Origin: an uncultured Gammaproteobacteria bacterium
Lineage (GTDB): Bacteria; Patescibacteriota; Microgenomatia; Levybacterales; UBA12049
Direction of reading: 5' to 3'
Assembly (NCBI GenBank): GCA_964474445.1
Contig: CAYYSJ010000003.1
Coordinates: 81,597 to 145,596 of the forward strand
DNA length: 64,000 bases
Below the pieces are notes generated by a model, which saw nothing but the letters and a program-made list of their open reading frames with translations, was not told where the DNA came from and did not search any database. The translations under genes and the position numbers were made by a program. Shown one piece after another: positions 30,091 through 40,175 of this stretch (positions within the stretch are counted from its first letter, which is position 1; every line of letters starts with the position of its first letter).

Positions 30091-30627
30091 ATGCAGTTTG
30101 CCGTTATTACCTGGAATCAGCTTGAAAAAGATTGTATCGCTTTAGCAAGAAACATTACTGCATCGAAAAAAAAGATTGATGAAATTGTTTCAATCAGCAG
30201 AGGAGGGATGGTTGTTGCTCGTATCTTGTCTGACTTACTAGATGTCCCAGTTTCTCATATTGGGATACAATCGTATCAACATCTAGAGAGTAAAGAGCCT
30301 GTTGTGACTCAGATGTCACCAAGAGATTTTCAAGGAGAGCATATTCTGCTTGTTGATGAATTATCTGATACAGGGAAAACATTTGAAAAAGCGTTAACAT
30401 ATCTTTCCACATTACCGGTAGGAGAAGTACTCACTGCCTCAGCATACATCAAACCTCATACGACATTTGTCCCTGATTTTTGGATTAAAAATATTGCTGC
30501 CTGGCTTATTTTTCCTTATGAACTGCGTGAAACAAAAGAAACATTTATGAAAGAATTTGGAGAAGAAGAGGGGAAACACAAACTTCTAGAGCTTGGAATA
30601 CTGGATTGGGAGGATACGCTTCTCTGA
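30091..30627 (+). CDS. Type I phosphoribosyltransferase (purine salvage-like)
   Basis: SISRGG, ILLVDELSDTGKT, WLIFPYE. Confidence 0.9.
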   Translation: MQFAVITWNQLEKDCIALARNITASKKKIDEIVSISRGGMVVARILSDLLDVPVSHIGIQSYQHLESKEPVVTQMSPRDFQGEHILLVDELSDTGKTFEKALTYLSTLPVGEVLTASAYIKPHTTFVPDFWIKNIAAWLIFPYELRETKETFMKEFGEEEGKHKLLELGILDWEDTLL

Positions 30628-30695
30628 AGTAAATCATCTCATTGACACCCATTCGGCTGTGCTATAATTAATGGTGGTTTACACTATTTATCCAT

Positions 30696-31412
30696 ATGAA
30701 ACTTTCTGTGGTTATTCCCGCGTATAACGAAGAAAAGTATATTGGTGGGTGTTTGCAGAGCTTGATTGATAAAGCAGAAGATGATATCTATGAAATCATC
30801 GTTGTTGATAATGCATCAACTGACAAAACGGCAGAAGTAGCAAAATCATTCAAGGGCGTACGAGTTGTTAAAGAAAAAAGAAAAGGGCTAACCCGTGCAC
30901 GACAAGCGGGACTTCTTGCTGCACGAGGTGATCTCGTTGCCTATATTGATGCTGATACCCACATCAAAGACGAATGGCTCCACAAAGTAAAAAAAGAATT
31001 TGAAAAAAATCCTCGTCTTGTTTGTCTTTCAGCCCCATATAGTCTGTATGATGTGTCAAAGTGGAAAAGAATACTCGTGTGGTCTTACTGGAATTTGCTT
31101 GCCTATCCAACGTATAAATTGATTATGCAATATATGGTCCTTGGAGCAAACTTTGTTGCCAGAAGAAACGTGTTAATGAAAATCGGAGGGTTTGATGCAA
31201 CAATCGAATTTTATGGAGAAGACACTGATATTGCACGACGATTACATAAAATAGGAAAAGTGAAATTCTTACGAAAATCATTAGTGTCGAGTTCAGCTCG
31301 TCGAATGGAAGCTGAAGGATGGGTGAAAATTGGTCTAAAATATACTGCTAATTTTATTTCAGAAGTTCTTCTCCACCGTCCAGCGAATCAAAAATATCAC
31401 GATTATCGGTAA
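30696..31412 (+). CDS. Glycosyltransferase family 2
   Basis: SVVIPAYNEE, VVDNASTD, IDAD, GGFD, YGED. Confidence 0.93.
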   Translation: MKLSVVIPAYNEEKYIGGCLQSLIDKAEDDIYEIIVVDNASTDKTAEVAKSFKGVRVVKEKRKGLTRARQAGLLAARGDLVAYIDADTHIKDEWLHKVKKEFEKNPRLVCLSAPYSLYDVSKWKRILVWSYWNLLAYPTYKLIMQYMVLGANFVARRNVLMKIGGFDATIEFYGEDTDIARRLHKIGKVKFLRKSLVSSSARRMEAEGWVKIGLKYTANFISEVLLHRPANQKYHDYR

Positions 31413-31464
31413 TACAACCAATCTCTTCCTTGATTTTTAGCCTCTCTCCAGATACTATAAGAAT

Positions 31465-31830
31465 ATGGATCAACCAGCAGCAAAAGAAGTAAAAGAAAAG
31501 GTAGACGAGTTACTTGATAAAGTAGAAACCGTTATTGATCAGCAAAAAGAACTCGCCCAAAAACAAGAAGTTATTTTGGATCAAGTCAGTGTTGAGGAAA
31601 AAGAAGGGAAAAAAGTAGAAAAAGAGGTGGAGAAAGTGACCGACATTCAAAGTTCTTTTATTGTGAGAACAAAAAAACATCAATTTCTTTTTCCTCTTAT
31701 TGTGACGGCAGGAGTTGTATTAGTATGGAGAGGCTTCACGGGGATTTTTGATGCAACCCCACTTGTCAGTTATTCTGCAATCTCCTTAGCACTTGGTGTT
31801 ATTATTCTGTGGGTGTTTAATAAGAAATAA
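31465..31830 (+). CDS. Hypothetical protein (coiled-coil plus 2 TM)
   Basis: GVVLVWRG in C-terminal TM pair. Confidence 0.7.
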   Translation: MDQPAAKEVKEKVDELLDKVETVIDQQKELAQKQEVILDQVSVEEKEGKKVEKEVEKVTDIQSSFIVRTKKHQFLFPLIVTAGVVLVWRGFTGIFDATPLVSYSAISLALGVIILWVFNKK

Positions 31831-31835
31831 CCTCT

Positions 31836-32309
31836 ATGTCTATTCGGCCGCTGAGTGAAAGAGACAAACCATTTGTCGTGCAAGCGCTTACGAATTTGTG
31901 GGGAAGTGAACAAATTGTCTATTCTGGTGAAATCTTTGATGCTTCACTTCTTCCTGGTTTTCTTGCAGAAGAAGAGGGAAGAGTTGTGGGACTTGTTACC
32001 TATGAAAGAAAAGATACTGTCTGTCAGATTATTTCCTTGAATGCACTTACTCCAGGAAAGGGAATTGGAACAGCACTTGTTGAGGAAGTTAAGAAAGTTG
32101 CGAAAGAACAGGGATGCAAGGAGCTTATTGTAGTGACAACAAATGATAATCTTTCTGCATTACAGTTTTATCAAAAAAAGGGCTTTGTCTTAAAAGCACT
32201 TCGTCCCAATGCGCTTGAGAAATCGCGTCTTGTCAAACCACAAATTCCACTCATTGGCGATAATGGGATTCCCCTTCGAGACGAACTAGAACTGCATATC
32301 CTCTTATAA
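31836..32309 (+). CDS. GNAT acetyltransferase
   Basis: GKGIGTAL, TTNDNLSALQFYQKKGF, IPLRDELEL. Confidence 0.9.
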   Translation: MSIRPLSERDKPFVVQALTNLWGSEQIVYSGEIFDASLLPGFLAEEEGRVVGLVTYERKDTVCQIISLNALTPGKGIGTALVEEVKKVAKEQGCKELIVVTTNDNLSALQFYQKKGFVLKALRPNALEKSRLVKPQIPLIGDNGIPLRDELELHILL

Positions 32310-32362
32310 TTCCTCTCACACTCTTACAAAATTTTTGTCTTTATCAGGCATACTATACTATT

Positions 32363-32971
32363 GTGATAGAGTACAAGACAGGCAGTAACCGCGCTCTGCA
32401 GGAATTAGAGAGGAGGAAAAGACAGGCTGCTAACAGAATAAGCTGGGCAGAATGTGATATGACGGTACAATCACAAAGTCTTTCGGGTTTTTCCCAGAGC
32501 GATGTGAACAAAAGACTTGCACTCAACTTTGTTCGTGCACGGGCAGCAGAAATGCTTTCAGAAATTGATCTGCGATATGTAAAACCAGAGGATCTGCATG
32601 TCTACCAACCACTTGTTGCGGTGAGGGGAACTGGATTTCTCTTATCACTGGATACTAAACAATGGGTGAGGGACATAATTGACTATACAGATGAACTTCC
32701 CCGTCCAGATCTTTCCTGGGTTGCTCTCAAGATGGAAGGAAAAGGAGTGCAAGAAAGGTGTCTTGTTGCGGAGGCATCAGCGCCTAGGATGGATGATTGG
32801 ATCCGTTTTAGACGCTCCACCCGAACTAATCAAACAGGAGTGCATACTGCGCTTCCGTTTTTATTGTATGAAGAAGCACTACGACGACCGAAAAGCGAAG
32901 AAGTTCTCGTCTCCCTCTCAAAAGCACTGACAAGAGGAGAGTTTGTTTTAAACAGTTTTATTTTCTCATGA
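32363..32971 (+). CDS. Hypothetical protein
   Basis: 202-aa ORF, GTG start after a TATACT-like box. Confidence 0.5.
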   Translation: MIEYKTGSNRALQELERRKRQAANRISWAECDMTVQSQSLSGFSQSDVNKRLALNFVRARAAEMLSEIDLRYVKPEDLHVYQPLVAVRGTGFLLSLDTKQWVRDIIDYTDELPRPDLSWVALKMEGKGVQERCLVAEASAPRMDDWIRFRRSTRTNQTGVHTALPFLLYEEALRRPKSEEVLVSLSKALTRGEFVLNSFIFS

Positions 32972-34172
32972 ACAACACTGCATTAGGGATATTCCGTCCA
33001 GGACCAGCTATATAACTGCCATTAAACAGTAATGCAGTTGAGCCACCTTCATCCAAATTCATTGCATCATCCATTCCCAACGCTTTCATCACATGTGCAC
33101 TATCTGTCATATTCGCATTATACATAACACCAATATAGACAGTGCTGCCTTTGTGAGCAATAAAACTTCTGGTACCTTTATTCGTAAATTTTGTATCACT
33201 GCTATCTCCATATACAATATTTCCACCCATGATAAGGAGCGGTTGCATGGCAATCACACTATCAACATCCGTTGCCCTACCCCAATCAGAGGTATGGGCT
33301 CTTACTCCCATCGTGTTACCGGTAAAGTAGACGAGTGGTACCACTGAGTAAACATTATTTGCAGAATTAAAATACACTTTATTTTTATTCATAAGCAATG
33401 TATCAAAAGAGTTTGTTTTTCCAGCACAACTTGGATATTCAGGAGGGCAGAAAAAAGTTCCATTAATACCAGCATAGGCACCACTTCGAGAGACGTATGT
33501 TCCAAGAGGAAGAACTGGACAATTGTTGCTGCAATCTCCATCTGATGCAGTGTCTACAATAACTCGTGTCGAATTTAAGTCTGCGGCAATAATATCAACA
33601 ACAAAAGTTCCGGTATCTGCACTCACACTTTGCCGACTATAGCCACTACCAGGAGGTGTATTGCTTGTCATTGTTGCTTGAGGTGCTGCTGGGACAGCAG
33701 CTTGAGCAAGCTTTGTTTGTTCATCGGAAATGCCTTTTGAGAGTGCGTCGAGTGTTGCTGAGGCTGAGGAATAGTTTCGTTGAGAAAGAAGACTTAAAAT
33801 ATTTGCAAATTGTGTATCAAAACTACTGGTATCTTTTGTTTGTGTTTTTAAGTCCTGCAAAGCCTCATATGTCTTGACCGATTTCGTATAGGTATCTTCA
33901 ATAGATTTTATGGTTGCTTGCAATTCATTATTCCGTTTGTACTGATCAACATTTTTCAGTGCGATAAAGTCTTTCTGAGTTTTTTTCAGCGTTGTGTAAA
34001 GAAGTGTTGTCCGTTGTTTTTGTGAAGCAAGAAAAATTCCTAAGACACTTGTAGTAAGGATTGCTGTAACCCCCAAAGCTATGAATACTTCAGAGGTAAG
34101 CAAAATTTGGTGTACTCGAAGAAAATGAAGGATTTTTGTTTTGACAGCCATGATAGTCGTTGTCCCAACCAT
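32958..34172 (-). CDS. Membrane-anchored coiled-coil protein with phosphodiester glycosidase (NAGPA/DUF2233) domain
   Basis: AGINGTFF, RSFIA, AMNLDEGGST, RNIPNA. Confidence 0.8.
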   Translation of the reverse strand: MVGTTTIMAVKTKILHFLRVHQILLTSEVFIALGVTAILTTSVLGIFLASQKQRTTLLYTTLKKTQKDFIALKNVDQYKRNNELQATIKSIEDTYTKSVKTYEALQDLKTQTKDTSSFDTQFANILSLLSQRNYSSASATLDALSKGISDEQTKLAQAAVPAAPQATMTSNTPPGSGYSRQSVSADTGTFVVDIIAADLNSTRVIVDTASDGDCSNNCPVLPLGTYVSRSGAYAGINGTFFCPPEYPSCAGKTNSFDTLLMNKNKVYFNSANNVYSVVPLVYFTGNTMGVRAHTSDWGRATDVDSVIAMQPLLIMGGNIVYGDSSDTKFTNKGTRSFIAHKGSTVYIGVMYNANMTDSAHVMKALGMDDAMNLDEGGSTALLFNGSYIAGPGRNIPNAVLFMRK

Positions 34173-34256
34173 ATACTTATTGTTACACAGAAAAACGGAA
34201 AAATACAATGAATAGGAGAGGATTGATAAGCTAAAAATGGAGCAATGGAATAATGT

Positions 34257-35165
34257 TTACTCTTCTTCAGTTGGGGAGAGAGCGTCTTGTGTTTCTAACT
34301 TTTGCTCTGCTTGAATCATATCATCAATTTCTCCTTCCATGAGCTTTGGTAAGTTATGGAATGATTCTCCAAGTCGGTGGTCGGTAATTCTATCTTGAGG
34401 GAAGTTGTAGGTTTTTATTTTTTCATTTCTCATTCCTTTTCCCACTTGCGTGGAGCGAAGGGATCCTAATTCTTCATTTCGTTTCTCAAGTTCTATTTCC
34501 CACAATTTTGCTCGAAGCATTTCCATTGCGATTTCTCTATTTTGCCCTTGGAATCGTTCTGTTCGACACGTAACAACAATGCCAGTTGGTTTATGTTTGA
34601 GTCTCACTGCTGTTGAAACTTTATTGACATTTTGTCCTCCATGTCCGCCTGCTCGGAATGCCTCAAATTCCACATCATCTGGACTAATATATAAATCAAC
34701 ATCTTCTAACTCTGGAAGAACATAGACGGTTGCTGTGGAGGTGTGGACTCTACCTCTTTTTTCTGTTTCTGGAATTCGCTGGACTCTATGGACACCTGCT
34801 TCATATTTAAAAATACCGAATGCACCGTAGCCAAGGATCTTGATAACGTTATCATCCAATTGCTCAACTTTAAAACCTTTTAGCTGAGCATACCTCGTGT
34901 ACATACGCATCAATTCGTCTGCCCAGAGTTTGGCTTCTTCTCCGCCTGCTGCACCATTTGTTTCTAAAATTGCATTACGCTCATTGAGAGATTCACCATT
35001 ATCTTCCTCAGGCTTCAGTGTATCTTCAATGGCTTTCTTTTCTTCCTCAAGGCGGGTTATTTCATCTTGAGCCATTTCAGCCATGTCAGGATCAGTTAAA
35101 AGAAGCTTTGTCTCTTCAATTCTTCTTTCCAGGTCTGCAATTTGTATAAGTCGATAATCTTCCAT
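34257..35165 (-). CDS. prfA: Peptide chain release factor 1 (short N-terminus)
   Basis: [14 protein letters not shown] (PxT), [20 protein letters not shown]. Confidence 0.95.
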   Translation of the reverse strand: MEDYRLIQIADLERRIEETKLLLTDPDMAEMAQDEITRLEEEKKAIEDTLKPEEDNGESLNERNAILETNGAAGGEEAKLWADELMRMYTRYAQLKGFKVEQLDDNVIKILGYGAFGIFKYEAGVHRVQRIPETEKRGRVHTSTATVYVLPELEDVDLYISPDDVEFEAFRAGGHGGQNVNKVSTAVRLKHKPTGIVVTCRTERFQGQNREIAMEMLRAKLWEIELEKRNEELGSLRSTQVGKGMRNEKIKTYNFPQDRITDHRLGESFHNLPKLMEGEIDDMIQAEQKLETQDALSPTEEE

Positions 35166-35236
35166 AATGGTATTATATCAGTGGAAAGGGTGAAGAGTAA
35201 GCGTTAAGGCATGTTCTTTACCCTTAACGTTTTGTG

Positions 35237-35536
35237 CTATTTAATAGCTGCAAGCATTTCTGCGAGGGATTTTGGAGCATTATCTCTCTTTGCTTTTTCT
35301 TCTTTCTTTTCTTGAATCTTTTGCTGGAATTCAAATTTCTTCTTCATTTTATGCTCAAAATTACTAATTCTTGAAGCTGAATCAACGAATCTTTGAGCAC
35401 CAGTGTAGAATGGGTGGCAATTACTGCACAATTCCACATGAATAGTTTCCTGAGTGGAGCCAAGAGTAAATTTAGTACCACAGGATGCACAGGTTACTGT
35501 TGCTTGAAAGTATTGTGGATGAATATTTGCCTTCAT
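35237..35536 (-). CDS. rpmE: 50S ribosomal protein L31
   Basis: MKANIHPQY..VTCASCG...ELCSNCHPFYTG; true start at ATG 35536. Confidence 0.95.
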   Translation of the reverse strand: MKANIHPQYFQATVTCASCGTKFTLGSTQETIHVELCSNCHPFYTGAQRFVDSASRISNFEHKMKKKFEFQQKIQEKKEEKAKRDNAPKSLAEMLAAIK

Positions 35537-35651
35537 AATGGGAATATTATACCAAAGGGAGGGGGAAAATACAATCTTCTTGTCACTCGAAACAATGTGA
35601 AGAATCTCATTTTTACATGATTTCTCTTTTTTTGTACTTTTGTCCTGAAAT

Positions 35652-36563
35652 TCATTTGCGGAGTAAATGATGGATATGGGGGTGAGATTTGTGATTTTCA
35701 GCAACATACATGCCTCCCAAGACTAAAAGAGACCCAATAAGGAAGAATACAGTGGGAACTTCATGGACAAGAGGCATGGCAATAAGAATAGAAACAGGGG
35801 GTTGGACATAGTCGAAAATAGCCGTGTCTGATGCAGAAACATACTTGAGAGCCCAGAAGAGTACAAACCAAGCAAAAAAAGAAGTGAAAAAAGCTCCATA
35901 GATAATACCTAGTATGCCTTGTAGGTTAAGGTGAGAAAGGAATCCATTCTGATAACTTTCCCATGCGACAAATGGATAAAACATGATTGATCCTAACATA
36001 AATATCCAAAAAATGAGTGTGATAGGGTGATATTTTTTGATGAGCTCTTTTACAAGAATTGTGTTGGCGACAGCGCCAATGGTAGAAAACACAAGAAGCA
36101 AATTGCCCAACACAGAAAACTTTCCGTTTGTTCCACTTCCTGATTCAAGAATAATCAGTAATACTCCGGTGAGGCCAATAAGGTTGCCAAGCAACATCTT
36201 TCGAGTTGGTCTTTCTTTAAGAAACAACATTGAGAGAATAATAAGGAATGCTGGTCCAGCACAAGCAATGATTGCAGCGTTGATACTGGCTGTATAATGA
36301 AGAGCGAGAAAATAGAGACCGATATTGATGATAATGCCCAAAAAGCTGGTAAGGAGTAATTTAGGCAGATCTTTTTTATCAATTATCAAATGATGGGGAA
36401 AGAGAACAATGATGATAACGGCTGGAATAAAGTAGCGTAAAAAAGCAAGAGTAAATGTTGGAACATCTTCAAGAGCCCATTTAAAGATAGGAGGACCTCC
36501 ACCCCAAATGATATTAGCAAGAATAAGAAAAATTACAGCAAGGTGGACTTTAGAGAATTTCAT
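35652..36563 (-). CDS. DMT/EamA-family transporter
   Basis: IIWG, LAFLRY, LFLKER; two EamA repeats. Confidence 0.9.
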   Translation of the reverse strand: MKFSKVHLAVIFLILANIIWGGGPPIFKWALEDVPTFTLAFLRYFIPAVIIIVLFPHHLIIDKKDLPKLLLTSFLGIIINIGLYFLALHYTASINAAIIACAGPAFLIILSMLFLKERPTRKMLLGNLIGLTGVLLIILESGSGTNGKFSVLGNLLLVFSTIGAVANTILVKELIKKYHPITLIFWIFMLGSIMFYPFVAWESYQNGFLSHLNLQGILGIIYGAFFTSFFAWFVLFWALKYVSASDTAIFDYVQPPVSILIAMPLVHEVPTVFFLIGSLLVLGGMYVAENHKSHPHIHHLLRK

Positions 36564-36627
36564 TGCTTCACTGTTTCATGGTTTCATTGTCGACAAATGA
36601 GACAATGATTCACTGGAACAATTATTA

Positions 36628-37854
36628 TTATTGAAGTAATGTAAGGAGTTCGTCAACAGATACTTTTTGCTGGGTTCGATCTGCCAAGTTTTTGAGGGTT
36701 ACTTTATCTTCGGCTGCCTCTTCAGGTCCAATGATGACAACATAAGGAATTTTCTTTGCATCAGCATATTTGAGTTGTTTTTCCAAAGGATTTTTTTCTT
36801 TAATTTCTCCAAGCCAGACCTCTGTGTTTATGGTACTTGTGCGTAGGCGAGAAGTAACCTCCAACGACTTTTGTTCAAGTCTTTTTTCAAAAATAGTTAC
36901 TAAGACTTTGGTTGAAGAGCTCGTCAGCTCTTGAGGGAATAAGTTAAGCTCTTCCATTGCTTCAAGTGTTCGATCAAATCCAAATGCGCAACCAACTGCT
37001 GGAATTTGCTGTCCTGCAAACATGCCAATGAGATTGTCATATCGTCCACCCCCACACACTGATCCAACTGGATACTCAGGAATTTCTACTTCAAAAATAA
37101 GACCAGTATAGTAGTCCAAACCTCGTGCTAGGGTAGGGGAATACTCAAGAAGATTACTATCAATATCCATTTCTGAAAGTTTTGCAAACACTTCTTCCAG
37201 TCTTTCAGACATTTTTGCATCCATAATTGATTGCAAGATATTTTTTGCTTCTTCTGAAGTTTTAGCAGTACCTCTTGCAACTAATTCTTCAACAACCCCA
37301 TCTTTCCCAATTTTTTTCAATTTATCAATGGTTGCAATAGCATCTGGCTCAAGACCTTCAAAAACCGTTCGATCGTTCAAAAGTACCTTTATATTCTTAA
37401 ACCCAAGTGCTTTGTACCCATCAATAACTGCTGCGACAATTTCAGCATCAGAGAGTGCAGAATTAACGCCAATAATATCAATGTCGCACTGCGTGAATTC
37501 TCGATAACGACCTCTTTGTGTGTTATCAGCTCTATACACATTTTGCATTTGATATCGTTTGAAAGGGACAGGGAGTGTTGCCTGGTATTGTGCAACAACG
37601 CGGGCGGTTGGAACCGTCTGGTCGTATCTCATAGCAACTTTTCGGCCACCATTATCTTCAAATCGATACATTAATTTGTCGCCTTCTTCGCCATATTTTC
37701 CAGTGAGAATTTCTTCATATTCCAGAACAGGAGTCTCAAGCGGTTCAAAACCATATGACTCAAACACTTTTTTCAAAGCATTTTTGACATAGTCTCTTTT
37801 CCGAGCTTCTCTTCCTAAAAAATCCCGAAATCCTTTTAGCGTTTGTATTTGCAT
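36628..37854 (-). CDS. hisS: Histidine--tRNA ligase
   Basis: GFRDF, RYDQTVP, GRYREFTQCDID, RGLDYYTG, GGGRYDNL. Confidence 0.97.
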   Translation of the reverse strand: MQIQTLKGFRDFLGREARKRDYVKNALKKVFESYGFEPLETPVLEYEEILTGKYGEEGDKLMYRFEDNGGRKVAMRYDQTVPTARVVAQYQATLPVPFKRYQMQNVYRADNTQRGRYREFTQCDIDIIGVNSALSDAEIVAAVIDGYKALGFKNIKVLLNDRTVFEGLEPDAIATIDKLKKIGKDGVVEELVARGTAKTSEEAKNILQSIMDAKMSERLEEVFAKLSEMDIDSNLLEYSPTLARGLDYYTGLIFEVEIPEYPVGSVCGGGRYDNLIGMFAGQQIPAVGCAFGFDRTLEAMEELNLFPQELTSSSTKVLVTIFEKRLEQKSLEVTSRLRTSTINTEVWLGEIKEKNPLEKQLKYADAKKIPYVVIIGPEEAAEDKVTLKNLADRTQQKVSVDELLTLLQ

Positions 37855-37859
37855 AACTT

Positions 37860-38981
37860 CTATAATAGCATATTTGCCAGATATTCTTCTAGGATTGATT
37901 CAGCTTGATGTATGGAGGTGATTTCAACATATTCATTTGTGCTGTGAGCTTTTTCGATTGGTCCAGGTCCGAAAACGGCTGCATCACAGTCCCATGCTTT
38001 CTGAAACAACTGTACTTCATAAAATCCAGCAGTATTAACATCTCGATAGACAACAGGAAGATTCCTTTTCTTTATAGCTTCTTCAAATACTTTTAACTTT
38101 TCTTGAGGTGTAAAGAACATATCAAGAAAAAATTTGAAAGAAATATTTTTTACTTTTACTTTTTCTTTTTTGGCTATCGTATGTAACACAGATACTATTC
38201 TTTTTTGTGTAATTTTATTATTGCCAATACGTATTTCACAATTTGCTCTAGCAAAATCAGGAACAACCATTCCTAGTTTACTGATAACAGGCTTATTGTT
38301 TTGCATATTTTGTAAAACCCCTCCATCTAAAGACGATAAGTTAAGAGATGTGCTTATTTTGTTATCTAACTTCTGCAATTCTTTTTCAAGCTTTTGAACC
38401 AATACGACAGTCTTTTCTATTGCATTGATACCTAAATACTTTCTACTTGCATGTGCTGCTTTTCCATATATATCAAAAGAAAACTCAGTTATTCCTCGAC
38501 AGCCATTAGTTATCATAAGATTTGTTGGCTCTAGATTAATAATCAACTCAGGTTTCCATTTATACTTTTCAACTAGTTTAAAGGATCCCTTAAATGCATA
38601 TTCTTCATCGCAAGTAAAAACATACGCAATTTTATTTGACTCAATCTTTGTTGCCAGCGAAAGCATAATTGCCAAACCGGCTTTCATATCAACAGCACCT
38701 AATCCAAATAATTTATCTCCAACAATTCTTGATTGAAGAGGTTGATTTGTTTGTTCCTTAGGAAGAACTGTATCCATATGTCCTAAAAGAACAATCTGTG
38801 GATTTTTTGTATTTCCGAATATGAGATTCTTTCTTTTCCCTTCAACTATTTGTGTCTCAACCGTATAATTAAGGTTTTGGAAGTAATTTAACACAAATTT
38901 TATAACTTCAAACTCATTGACATTTTCATCAACAAAAGAGGGCATAGTAATAAGTTTTTTTGCTATATGTACTGTTTTCAT
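37860..38981 (-). CDS. M20 family metallohydrolase (ArgE/DapE-like)
   Basis: GHMDTV, GLGAVDMK, DEE, EPT, GKAAHAS, FGPG, AHSTNEYV. Confidence 0.9.
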   Translation of the reverse strand: MKTVHIAKKLITMPSFVDENVNEFEVIKFVLNYFQNLNYTVETQIVEGKRKNLIFGNTKNPQIVLLGHMDTVLPKEQTNQPLQSRIVGDKLFGLGAVDMKAGLAIMLSLATKIESNKIAYVFTCDEEYAFKGSFKLVEKYKWKPELIINLEPTNLMITNGCRGITEFSFDIYGKAAHASRKYLGINAIEKTVVLVQKLEKELQKLDNKISTSLNLSSLDGGVLQNMQNNKPVISKLGMVVPDFARANCEIRIGNNKITQKRIVSVLHTIAKKEKVKVKNISFKFFLDMFFTPQEKLKVFEEAIKKRNLPVVYRDVNTAGFYEVQLFQKAWDCDAAVFGPGPIEKAHSTNEYVEITSIHQAESILEEYLANMLL

Positions 38982-40174
38982 AATAAAGATATATTTTTTA
39001 CTTTGGCACGTACTTCAAACATACTTCCTGAGTGCTTTACTGAAATAACATCTCCCGTTGGTTGATATACGGTCTCAATACCAAGTAAAATATTGAGGGC
39101 AATACTCCCTGAACCACATGATGTCTCTTTTACAAGTGAACGTGTTTCCTTTACATAGATAAGCGGTGATAGCCTTCCATCTTTGTATGAAATCGAACCA
39201 AATGCTGGCACATTAAATTCTTTACAAAAAGAATCTAACATACTATCCAGTATCTTCTTTTGATTTTCTGAATAAATAAATCCTATTCCAGGAAGTATGA
39301 CCAAGTTATTAAATGTTTTATAGGTAAGAGGTATTTGTATGATTGTCTGGTTCTTCTTATTATTATAATAAATCTTTTCTTTTACACCACTTGTTCTAAG
39401 TATTCCTTTTTTGCCGAGCATAGAAGCAAAGGCGAGTGTTGCGTTAATACAGAGTTCATTGCCCATCATGGTCAGAGTAGGAAAGGGTTCATATGAGATA
39501 AAACCAATTTGTTCTACTTTGCCAAGTGATCTTTTGACTATCTCATTTTTTCGTTGAAAGTCGTTTGTGAGAAGTGTTGTGTTGCCACCAGCTATACGGA
39601 ATATTCTTTCTGTAATGTTTTGTGTCGGTATCCCAACTTGTTCTGCAGGGAATATATCAGTTGAATAACTATCTCCAATCACTAAAGCGCTTTGAGGCAT
39701 TATAGAAAATCTGGTAAGTATAGATGCGTAAATAAATGGTGAGCATGTCCATTTTAAAGGGAATTCTTCTGGTCTTTTCCATCCAATAATTTCACTAAAA
39801 TCAGTTAAATCAAATCCAGTTTTCAATAACAATTTCTTTGCTAATTTGAGAGGGGATCCGGTATAAATAACTTTTCTGGCAGGAAGGCTTTTAATTTTTT
39901 GTACTAAATAAGGATTTTTCTCTATCAAATCCAGAGAAAGTCTCTCAAGTCTGTCCGCCCATTTCGAGTAAGGAATGTTAAGAGTGGGGAGTGCAAGCTC
40001 ACCTCTCCCTTGTAGGTTTTTTCGGCAATACGCCAATACCTCCAACCCTTTTTCTCCTCGCAACTCTTTAACTAAATCATTCAGCGATTGAGAATAAACT
40101 GTTTTATAAAACAATGGATTTTGAATGAGGGTTCCATCTAGATCAAGAATAATAAGTTTACTATCATTTTTCAT
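38978..40174 (-). CDS. HAD phosphatase fused to CntK/DapF-fold PLP-independent racemase (histidine racemase-like)
   Basis: HAD: DLDGTL, K, IGDSYSTD. Racemase: GGNTT, EQIGF, MMGNELCINA, ETSCGSGS (two catalytic Cys). Confidence 0.75.
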   Translation of the reverse strand: MKNDSKLIILDLDGTLIQNPLFYKTVYSQSLNDLVKELRGEKGLEVLAYCRKNLQGRGELALPTLNIPYSKWADRLERLSLDLIEKNPYLVQKIKSLPARKVIYTGSPLKLAKKLLLKTGFDLTDFSEIIGWKRPEEFPLKWTCSPFIYASILTRFSIMPQSALVIGDSYSTDIFPAEQVGIPTQNITERIFRIAGGNTTLLTNDFQRKNEIVKRSLGKVEQIGFISYEPFPTLTMMGNELCINATLAFASMLGKKGILRTSGVKEKIYYNNKKNQTIIQIPLTYKTFNNLVILPGIGFIYSENQKKILDSMLDSFCKEFNVPAFGSISYKDGRLSPLIYVKETRSLVKETSCGSGSIALNILLGIETVYQPTGDVISVKHSGSMFEVRAKVKNISLL

Positions 40175-40175
40175 A

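Noticed and set aside
35537-35707. N-terminal extension of L31 in the ORF track
   Set aside because: It overlaps the EamA gene; the canonical L31 start is at 35536.
36560-36625. Short TTCA(T/C)TG-like tandem motifs between hisS and EamA
   Set aside because: Very short, irregular and low complexity; no function can be supported.
38978-40174. Staphylopine-type metallophore cluster
   Set aside because: No CntL (nicotianamine synthase-like), CntM (opine dehydrogenase) or metal ABC importer nearby.
37860-40174. dapE-dapF lysine/DAP biosynthesis genes
   Set aside because: Not fully excluded, but racemase motifs are CntK-like (GN.T, EQ.GF, GNE.C.NA), other dap genes are absent, and regulation points to His.
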